Positions 15,623-25,803 of a DNA stretch of 45,690 nucleotides are shown piece after piece. The stretch is from a virus (Duplodnaviria > Caudoviricetes): positions 1 to 45,690 of IMG/VR virus record IMGVR_UViG_3300006893_000012; one strand, given 5' to 3'. How positions within the stretch are numbered: position 1 is the stretch's first letter; every line of letters starts with the position of its first letter. The notes under the pieces were generated by a model, which saw only the letters and a list, made by a program, of their open reading frames with translations, searched no databases and was not told where the DNA came from. A program made the translations under genes and the position numbers.

Positions 15623-18126
15623 TGGAACAGCTTTTAGAGCAGGACCCGCAAACCGATCAAGAATCGCCGCAGGAGCAGACATTTGCCCCCGGTGAACTCG
15701 CCGCCTTTGACTACTCGGTCAATGACGCGGCGGACTTGTCGGAGGATGCGGAACATGCTCTTGAAGCCATCGTCCGGGATTGTGCCAAGCGGGACTCTGC
15801 TGCCCGGCGTATTGAAGTTGAGCAAGCGTGGCAAGCGAGATTGTTCAAGCGCGGTTATCAGCATCTTCTGCACAAGCGCGGTGGAGGTTGGACATTACCC
15901 TCACTCGAAGGCTACAAAGACGCCGAGTGGATGCAGAACCTTGAGTTGAACATTTACGGCGCTCACTGTGAAATTCTAGCCTCCGCACTCACTCGTGATG
16001 TACCGCAGTGCCGCTTCGAACCTTTCAACCCTGACTACTCTCCGGATGTAAGTGCTGCTGACAAGGCTAATGCCTTCAAGGATATTTTCGCCCGCAACAA
16101 CGATCTGAAAGCGATCCAAACCCAAGCGGCCAGTTTGATGACGACTGATGGCCGGGTTGCGTTTTACACCCGCTACGTCGTGGATGGTCAGCGTTTTGGA
16201 TTCGATGAAGCGGAAGCCGAAACGCCGCCAACTTCGCAGTTTGAAGAAATTACTCAAGACATGCAGGAAGCGCCTTCCGATGAAGAAGGTGCGCAACAGC
16301 AGGAGGTGATCCCTTCTACACCGACACGTAAGCCGCGTGGCCGGGAAGTGCTTTCTGTTTACGGCAAGCTTGAATGTAAAGTTCCGATTTCCTGCGACGA
16401 CCTATCGGAAATGATGTACGTGATTCTCAGCCGCGAAGTTGACGTTGCGGTTGCGAAAGCGATGTTTCCCGAGATCAAGGACAAGATTAAAGTGGGGTCA
16501 GCCGGGATCGGAGAGTTGCAACTCGACCGGCTTGCCCGCGTCAATTCCCGTCTCGCAATCCAATCGAATTTTGTAAGCGGCAGCACGGTCCAGAAAGACG
16601 TGACGCTCACCCACGTCTGGCTTCGCCCTTCTGCGTTCATGGACTGTGAGTGCACCGACGAAGTTCGTCAGGAGTTGTTCACTGCGTTCCCCGAAGGCTG
16701 CCTTTCTATTTGGGCTGGGAAGCAACTCTGCCTCGCCCGTGCTGAATGCGTCGATGACCACATTTACATTTTGCAGGCGCTCCCCGGAACCGGACAGAAC
16801 CGCGAAGCTCTCTGCTCGAAACTGATTTCCGTCCAGATCCGTTTGAACGATTGGATCGAGTTGATGGGGGATTTTTTCGTTAAGACTGTACCGCAGAAAT
16901 GGTTTGATGCGGATACCTTCGACGTAGCAGCGCTGAAGAACCAAGGGAACATTCCTGGTGGATCGCACGGTTTCCAGCGTCAGCCTGGAATTCCGGTTAA
17001 CGAAATACTTTTTATTGAACCTTCACCGACGCATCAACCGTCAATGCCCACGTTCATCGGGTTGTTCTTCAATGAGTACCCACAATTTTTATCCGGCGCA
17101 TTGCCAAGTCTGTTCGGTGCAGAAAGCAACATCGAAACCGTGGGCGGAATGGCGATCCAGCGCGATCAAGCTTTGGGTCGCCTGTCTACTCCGTGGGCCG
17201 CATTGCAAGCCGCTACCGCTGCTTACTACAAGCAAGGCGTGATGTGCGCTGCCGCCTGCCGTGAGAAGCGCGGCCAGACGCAGATCAGCGAAGCGGTTCC
17301 TGGAAAAGGAATAGTCACCCTCAACGTTGCCGATCTGAAAGGCAATATTTATTGCTTCCCCGAAGCCGGTAACAATTTTCCCGAGAGTTGGATTCAGCGT
17401 AGCAGCCGCATGCAGATGTTACTGACTGAGGCGGGGCAGAACCCGATGACCATGAAGTTGCTCGGGTACTCCAAGAATTTGCGAGAAGTGAAGGACGCGA
17501 TTGGATTGCAGTCGCTCGAAATTCCCGAAGCCGCTTCGTATGAGAAGCAGCGCGCCGAGTTTGAATATCTGTTGAAGGGTGGCCCGGCTCCGAATCCAGC
17601 GTTGGTGCAGGCCCAGCAGGAGATGGAGCAGCACATGCACGACGCCGTTGCTGCCGGAGAAGGCCAGCAATTCGCGCAAGCCGCGCCGCAAGCGCTGCAA
17701 GCCATGCAGCAGCTTCCGCAGGAAGTCAGCACGGTTCCCATTGATGCAGAGTGCGACAACCACACGGTCGAGGCCGAAGCCTGCCTTGAATGGCTGAACA
17801 GTATCGAAGGCCAGAAGCATAAGTACGGCAGCATGGAAGAAGTTGCCAGTTTCCAGAACGTGCGTCTGCATTTCTTGGAGCACACCGCTGCCGCCAAGAA
17901 GATCAAGGAAGCGAACACGCCGAAGCCGGAGAGCAAGCCCGCGATCTCGATCAACATGAAAGACCTTCCTGCGAAGGAAGCCGCCGAAGCTGCGCAGAAC
18001 GCCGGGCTGGACGCCAGCGAACAGGATTTCTCCGTTAAGCAGGCTGCCGATGTCGAGGCCGACATTGTGAAGAAGACCGCCACGCAGAAGCCGCAGGCTC
18101 CGAAATCTAACTTTCCGATTCAGTAA
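15622..18126 (+). CDS. Portal protein (long, podovirus-type)
   Basis: 834 aa between TerL and scaffold/capsid; Gln/Ala-rich helical C-terminus. Call based on position and size. Confidence 0.8.
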   Translation: MEQLLEQDPQTDQESPQEQTFAPGELAAFDYSVNDAADLSEDAEHALEAIVRDCAKRDSAARRIEVEQAWQARLFKRGYQHLLHKRGGGWTLPSLEGYKDAEWMQNLELNIYGAHCEILASALTRDVPQCRFEPFNPDYSPDVSAADKANAFKDIFARNNDLKAIQTQAASLMTTDGRVAFYTRYVVDGQRFGFDEAEAETPPTSQFEEITQDMQEAPSDEEGAQQQEVIPSTPTRKPRGREVLSVYGKLECKVPISCDDLSEMMYVILSREVDVAVAKAMFPEIKDKIKVGSAGIGELQLDRLARVNSRLAIQSNFVSGSTVQKDVTLTHVWLRPSAFMDCECTDEVRQELFTAFPEGCLSIWAGKQLCLARAECVDDHIYILQALPGTGQNREALCSKLISVQIRLNDWIELMGDFFVKTVPQKWFDADTFDVAALKNQGNIPGGSHGFQRQPGIPVNEILFIEPSPTHQPSMPTFIGLFFNEYPQFLSGALPSLFGAESNIETVGGMAIQRDQALGRLSTPWAALQAATAAYYKQGVMCAAACREKRGQTQISEAVPGKGIVTLNVADLKGNIYCFPEAGNNFPESWIQRSSRMQMLLTEAGQNPMTMKLLGYSKNLREVKDAIGLQSLEIPEAASYEKQRAEFEYLLKGGPAPNPALVQAQQEMEQHMHDAVAAGEGQQFAQAAPQALQAMQQLPQEVSTVPIDAECDNHTVEAEACLEWLNSIEGQKHKYGSMEEVASFQNVRLHFLEHTAAAKKIKEANTPKPESKPAISINMKDLPAKEAAEAAQNAGLDASEQDFSVKQAADVEADIVKKTATQKPQAPKSNFPIQ

Positions 18127-18165
18127 TAGCGGGGCGATCAGGAACGCCGCGATCTCAGGAGTTTT

Positions 18166-19443
18166 ATGCCAGACGAAGCCGTAATGGACGCAGGACTTGG
18201 TTTAGATTCATCTTCCGTTGACACCGCAGTTGAAACCCCTTCCGAAGCTGTTGAATCCATCGATGCGGGCGTGGAACTCACTCCTGTCGATCCTCACGCC
18301 GCTGAGACTGACGCCGATGCCGAAGATCCTGGTGCGCCTCCTCAAGAAAAAGCCATCAAGGAAGCCCTCCGTGTTCTGAAAGAGAGCAATCCTGCCGCTG
18401 CGAAAGCGTTGAACGAGGCATTTTTCCAGCGCAAAGAATTTCTGCGCGATTTCCCCGAAGGTTTAGCCAGCGTGCGTCAACTCAAAACAGTTTTCGACGC
18501 CGTTGGAGGCGCGGATGGGTTTGCAAACCTGCAACAACGTTCCGTCACACTGGATGCGATTGATAACGACATTGCGGAAGGTAATCCGAAAGTCCTTGAT
18601 GAAATAATCAAGGACGCACCGGACGGGTTTAAGAAATTGGTTCCGGAAATCGTCTCCCGCCTCGAATCCCTTGACCCAAAAGCCTACGGTGACGCCCTGA
18701 GACCTCATTTCGTGAGGACTTTGGAGTCGGCGGGGTTTGACGGCGTGATCAGCGACATAGACGCCGCGTTAAAAGCCGGGGATGGACCGGCGATCTCGAA
18801 AGTTATCAACAACCTTTACAAGTGGTACACCGGGTTGAAGCAACAGGTTCAGAAAAATAGCAGCGTCGATCCTGACCGCCAGAAACTCGATTTTGACCGC
18901 GCCAAGTTCAGCGAAGAGCGTGAAAGTACCTACCGCCAAGATATCGGTCGGCAAGCGAATACGTTCATGTCGTCAGAAGTGGTGAAAGCGGTCGCGCCTT
19001 TGCTCAAAGGCAAGGCTCTGGGAGCCGAAGCGAAGTCCGATCTGGATTCCGGCATCAGTGCAGAGGTTAACAAGCGCCTGACCGCCGACACGAATTACCA
19101 AACACAAGTCAAAGCGTTTTTGAAGTCGAAAAACCGCGACACGGGAAAGATCGTGGCGTACATCAACGCGAAGTTGGCGGATATTGTCCCAAAGGCTGCG
19201 CAAGCGGTGTGGACGCGGCGTTATGGGGCGGTGCCTGCTAAGGCTGTATCGACCGCTGCCGCTGTGCCGGGCAAAACGACTCCGACCGCTGGCAAGATCG
19301 GCGGAAACTCCGTGCCTACGATGTTGGCGAAAGCGCCCTCAACTTCTGAGCTGGATTTGACCCGTGACCCCCGGATGCTGATGTTCATGACCGGCAAAGG
19401 GTACCTGAAATCGACCGGCAAGTACGTGACGTGGAAAAAATAG
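18166..19443 (+). CDS. Putative scaffolding protein
   Basis: Acidic disordered N-terminus, helical body, basic C-terminus; lies between portal and capsid. Confidence 0.65.
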   Translation: MPDEAVMDAGLGLDSSSVDTAVETPSEAVESIDAGVELTPVDPHAAETDADAEDPGAPPQEKAIKEALRVLKESNPAAAKALNEAFFQRKEFLRDFPEGLASVRQLKTVFDAVGGADGFANLQQRSVTLDAIDNDIAEGNPKVLDEIIKDAPDGFKKLVPEIVSRLESLDPKAYGDALRPHFVRTLESAGFDGVISDIDAALKAGDGPAISKVINNLYKWYTGLKQQVQKNSSVDPDRQKLDFDRAKFSEERESTYRQDIGRQANTFMSSEVVKAVAPLLKGKALGAEAKSDLDSGISAEVNKRLTADTNYQTQVKAFLKSKNRDTGKIVAYINAKLADIVPKAAQAVWTRRYGAVPAKAVSTAAAVPGKTTPTAGKIGGNSVPTMLAKAPSTSELDLTRDPRMLMFMTGKGYLKSTGKYVTWKK

Positions 19444-19599
19444 AACTTTCATCTCCTCCTAATAGACGCAAGAAGATGTCGAGGACGTGACCTCGTTAAA
19501 CCTCCGATCCCATCAAATTGCCTCTACGTTTTCTCAGGAACATAGCAGGATCGCTACAGGAATAGCCATCGCTGACTTTGATGTAGAGGTTTGTTCACA

Positions 19600-20928
19600 A
19601 TGGCTAATCCCCTTCAAGAAAGTGCAGTGCAGTCGATTGAACTTGACGCATTTGCCAAAGATATTCCCGATCTTATCGCCCACAACGACTCGTTGTATTC
19701 CACGATGCAGTCGCAGGCGACCAAAGTTCCAGTTTCCAACATTACATCTGCGGGCGGCGTAACTCGTCCGTCATTCCGCGTGCCCTTGCGTGTTCAGGGT
19801 CCGTTGGGCATTCGCCAGGGTACCGGCGACGGAGATTCTATCGGTCGTGGCACTGGCAGCAAGTGGGACGCCTTCGCGGTCTCGCCTGTCATGGTTTTCT
19901 CTTGCCACGAACTGACTTTCCTTTCCCAAGCTGCAACTGAAGGCCGCAAGCGTGGCCTGTTCGATGTCAGCGCACAAGAACTGAAGAATTCGCTGGATGC
20001 GACGATCAACGGGCTGGAAGGCTTGATGAACGGCGACGGTTCCGGCGCAATTCAACAGATTCCCGCGACGGCCACTGTTTCCAGCGGTTCTGGAGCCGGT
20101 GATCAGACCTCATTTATTTCCGGTTTAAATTCGGCGGCTGGTTTCACCGACCAACAGGTGATTAGTTTCTTCCCATCTGTGGGTGGAGCTACCAGAGGCA
20201 CGGCAACCATTTCGTATGTTGACGTGACTACGCAGACCCTTTATTTCAGCACTGTTCTGCCCTCTGTGGGCGGCGCATCTGCGACTGGTGACTTCCTGAT
20301 GGTTCAGGGTTCGTCCGGCGCAGCTAACAACTCGATCCTCGGATTGAAAGCTTGGCAAGTCAATTCCAACACGGGATTCTTGGCCGGTGTGAACCGCGCT
20401 CTGCACCCTGGTCGGATTTCGACTCCAGTAATCGATCTCGCTGGCGGCGCACTGACGGTCGGTGTCGGTACTCGTGCGGCGATCCTCATGGGTCGTGCGT
20501 TGGGTCCGGATGCTGAATCGATCAAGAGTGCGATCTGGTATGGCGCAACTGACCATGCCTTGACTATTTCCAACATTTACACAAATGTCTTGATCGCCAA
20601 TGCCTCACAGGTGACTGGCGACAAGCCGCTGGATCTTGGGAAGAAGATGTTCTCTCCCACCTTCTGCGGGCGTGAATTTAAGTACTCGTACTCAGCCGAT
20701 AGTACCCGTGTGGACTTGATTTCGCCGTCCACTTGGTACATTCCTTCGCTCGTTGATCTGGAGCTGTATGACTTCGGTGGCGGGCAGACTGTGGTCAGCG
20801 TACCTGATCCGGCTGGAAACGGATACCTGTCGTCCTACTTGATGGCTTACGTCACGGGATTCAACCTAGTGAATAGCAATCCTCGTAGTGGCGCTTATCT
20901 GAAAAACGTACTCGCACCAACGATCTAA
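19600..20928 (+). CDS. Major capsid protein
   Basis: 442 aa after the scaffold; TAGAGG RBS; hairpin terminator downstream. Confidence 0.75.
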   Translation: MANPLQESAVQSIELDAFAKDIPDLIAHNDSLYSTMQSQATKVPVSNITSAGGVTRPSFRVPLRVQGPLGIRQGTGDGDSIGRGTGSKWDAFAVSPVMVFSCHELTFLSQAATEGRKRGLFDVSAQELKNSLDATINGLEGLMNGDGSGAIQQIPATATVSSGSGAGDQTSFISGLNSAAGFTDQQVISFFPSVGGATRGTATISYVDVTTQTLYFSTVLPSVGGASATGDFLMVQGSSGAANNSILGLKAWQVNSNTGFLAGVNRALHPGRISTPVIDLAGGALTVGVGTRAAILMGRALGPDAESIKSAIWYGATDHALTISNIYTNVLIANASQVTGDKPLDLGKKMFSPTFCGREFKYSYSADSTRVDLISPSTWYIPSLVDLELYDFGGGQTVVSVPDPAGNGYLSSYLMAYVTGFNLVNSNPRSGAYLKNVLAPTI

Positions 20929-20950
20929 AAAGGTTGTTGTTTGCCATAGT

Positions 20951-20994
20951 CCTGCGGGGGTCTGATTTCCCGTCTACCCCCGCAGGTTGTTTTC
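20951..20994 (+). terminator. Hairpin terminator after the capsid gene
   Basis: CCTGCGGGGGT / ACCCCCGCAGG followed by TTGTTTT. Confidence 0.65.
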
Positions 20995-21008
20995 ACTCAG
21001 GAGATTGT

Positions 21009-21350
21009 ATGAGCACTGTAATTGACCGTCGCTCCAAGTACGACGGCACGCCTCGTCAGAAATCCAAAACAACTTATGTCCCTCTCAACGACCGTGTACT
21101 TTTGCGCCGTGTCGAGGACAAGACGGAATCCCTCGTCCAGATTGCCGATACCTACCAGCAGCCCAGCAACAAGGGCGAAGTGGTGGCGGTCGGGGACGGT
21201 ATGTTGCTGGGTAACCACCTTGTTCCGATCCCACTGAAGCCCGGCGATGTGTGCTTGTTCGGAAATTTCAATGCTGAGGAAATCACGCTGGACGGCGAGG
21301 ATTTCATTTTGGTTTCGGCTTGGGATGTCCGTTTGAAAGTGGTGAAGTGA
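21009..21350 (+). CDS. groES: Co-chaperonin GroES (Cpn10) homolog
   Basis: PLNDRVLLRR...KGEVVAVGDG...LKPGDVCLF...ITLDGEDFILV. Confidence 0.9.
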   Translation: MSTVIDRRSKYDGTPRQKSKTTYVPLNDRVLLRRVEDKTESLVQIADTYQQPSNKGEVVAVGDGMLLGNHLVPIPLKPGDVCLFGNFNAEEITLDGEDFILVSAWDVRLKVVK

Positions 21351-22024
21351 TGTGGCAACTGAAACAGGAGCGAATCAAGTGTCCCGAGCATTATCAGCAC
21401 CGGCTCACCTGTGCTGGCGGCGTGAACCGCTACGGCAAGCCGAATTTCATCATTGCGTTCTCGCAAGCCTGGACGGAGCGCCGCGCAGGAATCGACGGGA
21501 AGTACGAAGACTATTTGCCGGATTTCAACGACCCCTGCTGGATTTTGAAGCAGTGGGAAGAAGAGCCCACGTCCCCGGCATCGTGGTACTTCGGGATGTC
21601 TGACGAGGCGACAGGGCTTTCCCTCGCTGGTGAATATCCTTATCGAGGACGCTACACGACGCTGTTCGCATTCCGCACGAAGGAACTGGTGAACGGGCGG
21701 CTGGTCGTGGAATCGATGCCTTTGAATTCGCTTCTGCTCTCGGTGGCGATTCCGATCATTCTCCGCGCCCATAAAGACACGGCTCTGGAAAAGCGCCGGG
21801 TTTTGGCGGAAGCGAAAGCGCAAGACGAGAAAGATCGTCTGCTCAAGATCGAGGCTCGGCTGCACGACGCGCATCCGGTTTTCACCGGCGCAGTTTCGTA
21901 TCGGGGTCAGGTCAACAAGTCGTCCGTGGTGCAGCAACGCATGGACAAGATTTCCCGCACGTGGGATCAAACGATGCTGGATGCAAGAAAGATCAGTCGA
22001 GGACTCTCGACCAGGAGTTTATGA
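21350..22024 (+). CDS. Hypothetical virion-module protein
   Basis: TGATG coupling to groES. Confidence 0.7.
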   Translation: MWQLKQERIKCPEHYQHRLTCAGGVNRYGKPNFIIAFSQAWTERRAGIDGKYEDYLPDFNDPCWILKQWEEEPTSPASWYFGMSDEATGLSLAGEYPYRGRYTTLFAFRTKELVNGRLVVESMPLNSLLLSVAIPIILRAHKDTALEKRRVLAEAKAQDEKDRLLKIEARLHDAHPVFTGAVSYRGQVNKSSVVQQRMDKISRTWDQTMLDARKISRGLSTRSL

Positions 22025-22027
22025 GTT

Positions 22028-22822
22028 ATGTCTGAAGCCCGTATTGAAGGTGAATTGCCCGCAGTTAGCAAGTCGATGACCGCAGCCGAACACGGCAAGT
22101 TTGTCGATACCACGCTCGATCCCAACATGTTTCGCAAGCCGGATTATTACATTTACATCTACTCGGTAGCCGACAGCGACCTGACCCGCGAACTTCCACC
22201 GCAGCTCTCGCGAGTTTCGATCCCCGGTCGGGGAAAGGAACGCTATCGGCTGGCTACGCAGATCGCGCACCCTTTCAACCAGCCCGACACAGATGCCAAC
22301 GGCAAGCGAATCTGCTACTACCTCGACGGTCGCCGCGTTGCGATGGATATATGTAACCCGGAAAACATCTCTCTCAATCAGGACATCACGCTCGATCCTA
22401 AGAGCGTCCTTTCTGAGGGCAACAACTACTCCCGCAAGGGTGTGTTTTGGTCGATGCACAATCCGCCGCTGGAAGAGGAAATTAAGGCGGCTGAGGGGCG
22501 CAAGGAGAACTACTACCGAACTCGTTTACAGAGGCTCCGCGCCTTGGAAGTCAGCGACCCGAGGGCTCTGAACGAGGCTTTGGGCAAAGACGACCATCTG
22601 GCTGCCGAGTACTTCGGGGAAGAGTTCACTTGGCACAGGGTAGCCCAGCGCAAAGCTGAGTGCCCGAATTGCATGGCTGACATCAAGCAGGGAGCGGCGT
22701 TTCACTTCCTACCCAACAATCGAATTTGTGTGATCGATTGGGAGAAAGCGATCTCGTCCGGTGCAGTAGACGCGAAGGACAGACCAGCAGCAGTGGTAAA
22801 GAAGTCGGTTGCCAGAGTTTAA
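22028..22822 (+). CDS. Hypothetical protein with a C-terminal CPNC motif
   Basis: 264 aa ORF with AGGAG upstream. Confidence 0.7.
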   Translation: MSEARIEGELPAVSKSMTAAEHGKFVDTTLDPNMFRKPDYYIYIYSVADSDLTRELPPQLSRVSIPGRGKERYRLATQIAHPFNQPDTDANGKRICYYLDGRRVAMDICNPENISLNQDITLDPKSVLSEGNNYSRKGVFWSMHNPPLEEEIKAAEGRKENYYRTRLQRLRALEVSDPRALNEALGKDDHLAAEYFGEEFTWHRVAQRKAECPNCMADIKQGAAFHFLPNNRICVIDWEKAISSGAVDAKDRPAAVVKKSVARV

Positions 22823-22912
22823 CGATCTTCACGCGGGCGTAGGGCAGCCACGGCGGTGCTTTCCTGAGTCACTTGCCCCTGTTCTATGCCTTCGTGATGT
22901 AAAGGACAACTT

Positions 22913-23707
22913 ATGGCTGTTATCGACGCACTTGGCTATCCACTTGTAAGTGACGTAATGATTTTGGCACGTGCTCATGTAAATGACACGCAGCCCGGCC
23001 TCACGGACAGTCCTGGTGAAGGTCAAATTCTCACGAATGATCCGTTGATCTCCCCGTTTACACTACCCTTTCTGAACTCTGCCATCCGCACGCTGCACAG
23101 GGATTTGGAACTCAGCGGCAGCCCTTCAATCATTCGAGACAATGTAATTGTGACCGGACTTACTCCGGTGAACGGTCCTATCGGGCTCGGATTGCAAGAT
23201 CCCGATATTCAAACGAGCCTATCTTATGTTGGATACGATGATGGTACTACTGTCAACACTCTTATTGTTCTTCCTGCTGATGTCCTTTCGGTCGAAGCCG
23301 TAAGCGAGCGCATGTCCGGCACCACGGATTTGTTTATGCCGATGCGCGAAGTGCAGGCCGGAATTTCCTCCAGGTTGCAATCGAATACATTCGGGGTTTG
23401 GGAAACACGCGGAGATGCGCTCTACTTCCCCGGCGCTCTGACTACTCGTGACATCCGACTGCGCTACTACGCCAGCCTCCCGCTGGTCGATCCCAATTCC
23501 GATTTCACTCAAACCTCCGTCACGATTTTGGACAGCACCGACGCATTGGCCTACATGATCGCCGCCCGTTACTCGGCGGCCCGTGGCGGATTGGGTGCCG
23601 GTACGTTGGAACAGAAAGCCGCCACCGAAATCATGAAGATCAAGGCGCGTGAAATCCGGCGTGCGCAGTCTGTGACGTATCACCGCCATCCATTTGGAAG
23701 GGTTTAA
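22913..23707 (+). CDS. Putative head-tail adaptor / tail tubular protein A
   Basis: Position, and helix-beta-helix layout (FLNSAIRTL...LRYYASLP...[11 protein letters not shown]). Confidence 0.55.
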   Translation: MAVIDALGYPLVSDVMILARAHVNDTQPGLTDSPGEGQILTNDPLISPFTLPFLNSAIRTLHRDLELSGSPSIIRDNVIVTGLTPVNGPIGLGLQDPDIQTSLSYVGYDDGTTVNTLIVLPADVLSVEAVSERMSGTTDLFMPMREVQAGISSRLQSNTFGVWETRGDALYFPGALTTRDIRLRYYASLPLVDPNSDFTQTSVTILDSTDALAYMIAARYSAARGGLGAGTLEQKAATEIMKIKAREIRRAQSVTYHRHPFGRV

Positions 23708-25269
23708 TGCCACTTTTCCGGCGAGATTTCGTTCTGCAAGATCGGCAAGGACTCGCGCTCGGCGGCGCAGTTGTGTACGTCTGCACGTCGGGCGCAGTGT
23801 TCGGGATGTTCCCGACCGTTCTTCCGGCTCCGCTGGCGACAATCTACCAGGATCTTGCCGGTACGATTCCGCTTGAGTCCATCACTCTCGACGGGCAGGG
23901 AAATGGTTTCTATTACGCGCCCATCGGCTCCTACGTCGAGGTTTACACCTACCACAACAAGGTCGTAAAAGTTTTGCCGGACCAGAATATCGGCAGCGTC
24001 ACGCCCGGCGTGGTGGAAGTCGATCTGACAATGACGGCTGGCATGACGATCCCTGCAGGGCAAGTGTGCAGCGTGCACACCGATGGCAAAGCCTACGTCG
24101 CAAGTGCCGACAATCCTCTCGATCAAAACCACGTCATAGGAATCGCCATCAGCAGTGGCGTGAACGGGTTTCTCGTCAACGTCCGCACGAGCAGCGAAGT
24201 GGATAACATCGGGTGGACTCTCACGCCCGGAGCGCAGTATTTCCTCGGACTCAATGGCGCGCTGAGCACCAACCCTTCGTTGGGTTTGTTCACGCAGCCG
24301 ATGGGCACGGGGATTCTGCCCACTCAGCTCCTCCTCAACATTCAGCAAATCGGAGCGCAGGGTTTAACTGGTGCGACCGGGGCAGCCGGATCAACCGGGC
24401 CTATCGGACCAGCCGGGTCAACCGGGCCTACCGGGGCAACTGGCGCGACAGGAGCAGTCGGGACAACCGGGACAACCGGGCCTACCGGAGCCACCGGATC
24501 AACTGGCGCGACCGGGGCAGGCGGGGCAGCCGGGATAGCCGGAGCAGCCGGGCCAACCGGCCCTACCGGAGCCACCGGCGCGGCGGGTCAAGGATTCGCG
24601 TGGCGTGGTACCTGGAACAGCAGCACAGCATATGTCGCCTACGACGTTGTCTATGACACGGTAGCTGGCGTCTCGTATGTTTGCATCCTGGGCAACATGA
24701 ACCATGAAGCACCGAACGCGACCTACTGGGAGCAGGTTGTCGCTACAGGAGGAGGTGGCGGCGGGGGCGTGTCTGCTGGTTCAAATCTGATACCTGCCTC
24801 ACCACGCTCAAGCACCAATTTTGGATATGCTGGATACTCCATGATAATGCGCATCCGGCAAGGTCTGTTGCAGTGTTTCCCCCCAAGCTGGCAATTTTCG
24901 CTTTCTCTGGCAGCGAGTGCCAGCTATGTTGTTACAAAGGGAGTAGTTTACCGCACCAACATTGACAGCAACGTAGTAATCGATTCTACGACGGTCACTT
25001 GGAGTAGTTCTGGCACACCGACTCTGGTAACTGGAGAAACGTTTTGTGACCCAATCAGTCTACCGATTGATACCAGCCATGACTACTGGGTCGTGGTTTG
25101 TTTCAACACGACGACTGGAAATCTCAACACGGGTAGCAGCACGTGGGTCAGTGCTTTCTTCAACGGCGACTGTGGTTATACCCACAGCGACCAAACGGGA
25201 TTGAGCACGGGGGGCACCATTCCCACTGTATCCGTAGAATCAGAGTTCTATCGTGTCATCTCAACGTAA
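23707..25269 (+). CDS. Collagen-like fiber protein
   Basis: Gly-X-Y run (~24352-24594), [17 protein letters not shown] carbohydrate-binding-like motif, Gly linker, C-terminal beta domain. Confidence 0.8.
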   Translation: MPLFRRDFVLQDRQGLALGGAVVYVCTSGAVFGMFPTVLPAPLATIYQDLAGTIPLESITLDGQGNGFYYAPIGSYVEVYTYHNKVVKVLPDQNIGSVTPGVVEVDLTMTAGMTIPAGQVCSVHTDGKAYVASADNPLDQNHVIGIAISSGVNGFLVNVRTSSEVDNIGWTLTPGAQYFLGLNGALSTNPSLGLFTQPMGTGILPTQLLLNIQQIGAQGLTGATGAAGSTGPIGPAGSTGPTGATGATGAVGTTGTTGPTGATGSTGATGAGGAAGIAGAAGPTGPTGATGAAGQGFAWRGTWNSSTAYVAYDVVYDTVAGVSYVCILGNMNHEAPNATYWEQVVATGGGGGGGVSAGSNLIPASPRSSTNFGYAGYSMIMRIRQGLLQCFPPSWQFSLSLAASASYVVTKGVVYRTNIDSNVVIDSTTVTWSSSGTPTLVTGETFCDPISLPIDTSHDYWVVVCFNTTTGNLNTGSSTWVSAFFNGDCGYTHSDQTGLSTGGTIPTVSVESEFYRVIST

Positions 25270-25278
25270 GGGCATCGG

Positions 25279-25312
25279 GAATGTTCTAAACCTTGAATGT
25301 TCTAAACCTTGA
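25279..25312 (+). repeat. 16-bp perfect tandem duplication GAATGTTCTAAACCTT x2
   Basis: 25279-25294 and 25295-25310, followed by GA. Confidence 0.9.
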
Positions 25313-25374
25313 CTTCTCTCCTCCTCAGTAGAGGCTGACAGCCCCAACTGTCGTTTGCTCCGAGGAGGAGAATT

Positions 25375-25746
25375 ATGAGTCAAGCTTTTGCGACCACTGT
25401 TGTAAATGCCTACCCATCCGGCGTCGATAACACCCAACGTCACGCCATTCTGTTCGGGACTATTTCAATTTCTGCGAGTCCCGCGACCTATGTAACTGGT
25501 GGCCTGCCGCTCGCTTTTGCCAGCACGGACACGGACAGTAGCGGTGCGCCGGTGTGGGTGGAAATGCTGAGCGCCACTGGCGCGAACAACGCCTACAAGT
25601 ATCAAGCTCCCACGCTCTCGCCGCCTGTCGGTGCCATGCTCCGCATTTACGTTGCGGGAACTGAGCTTGCCAACGGCGCGGCCGTTCCTGCGGGAGTGAG
25701 CGGCGACGTTATCGCTTTCCGTGCGGAATTTAATCGCGGTATCTAA
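25375..25746 (+). CDS. Small virion structural protein
   Basis: GAGGAGGAG RBS; beta-rich 123 aa. Confidence 0.7.
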   Translation: MSQAFATTVVNAYPSGVDNTQRHAILFGTISISASPATYVTGGLPLAFASTDTDSSGAPVWVEMLSATGANNAYKYQAPTLSPPVGAMLRIYVAGTELANGAAVPAGVSGDVIAFRAEFNRGI

Positions 25747-25803
25747 GACCTAAAAAGCCTCCTGCGGTACTGATTGTAGGCGCGGGGAGAGAGAGCACTA
25801 TCC

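Noticed and set aside
24352-24594. DNA repeat array or DGR variable region
   Set aside because: Explained by Gly-X-Y collagen codons; no reverse transcriptase or template repeat was seen.
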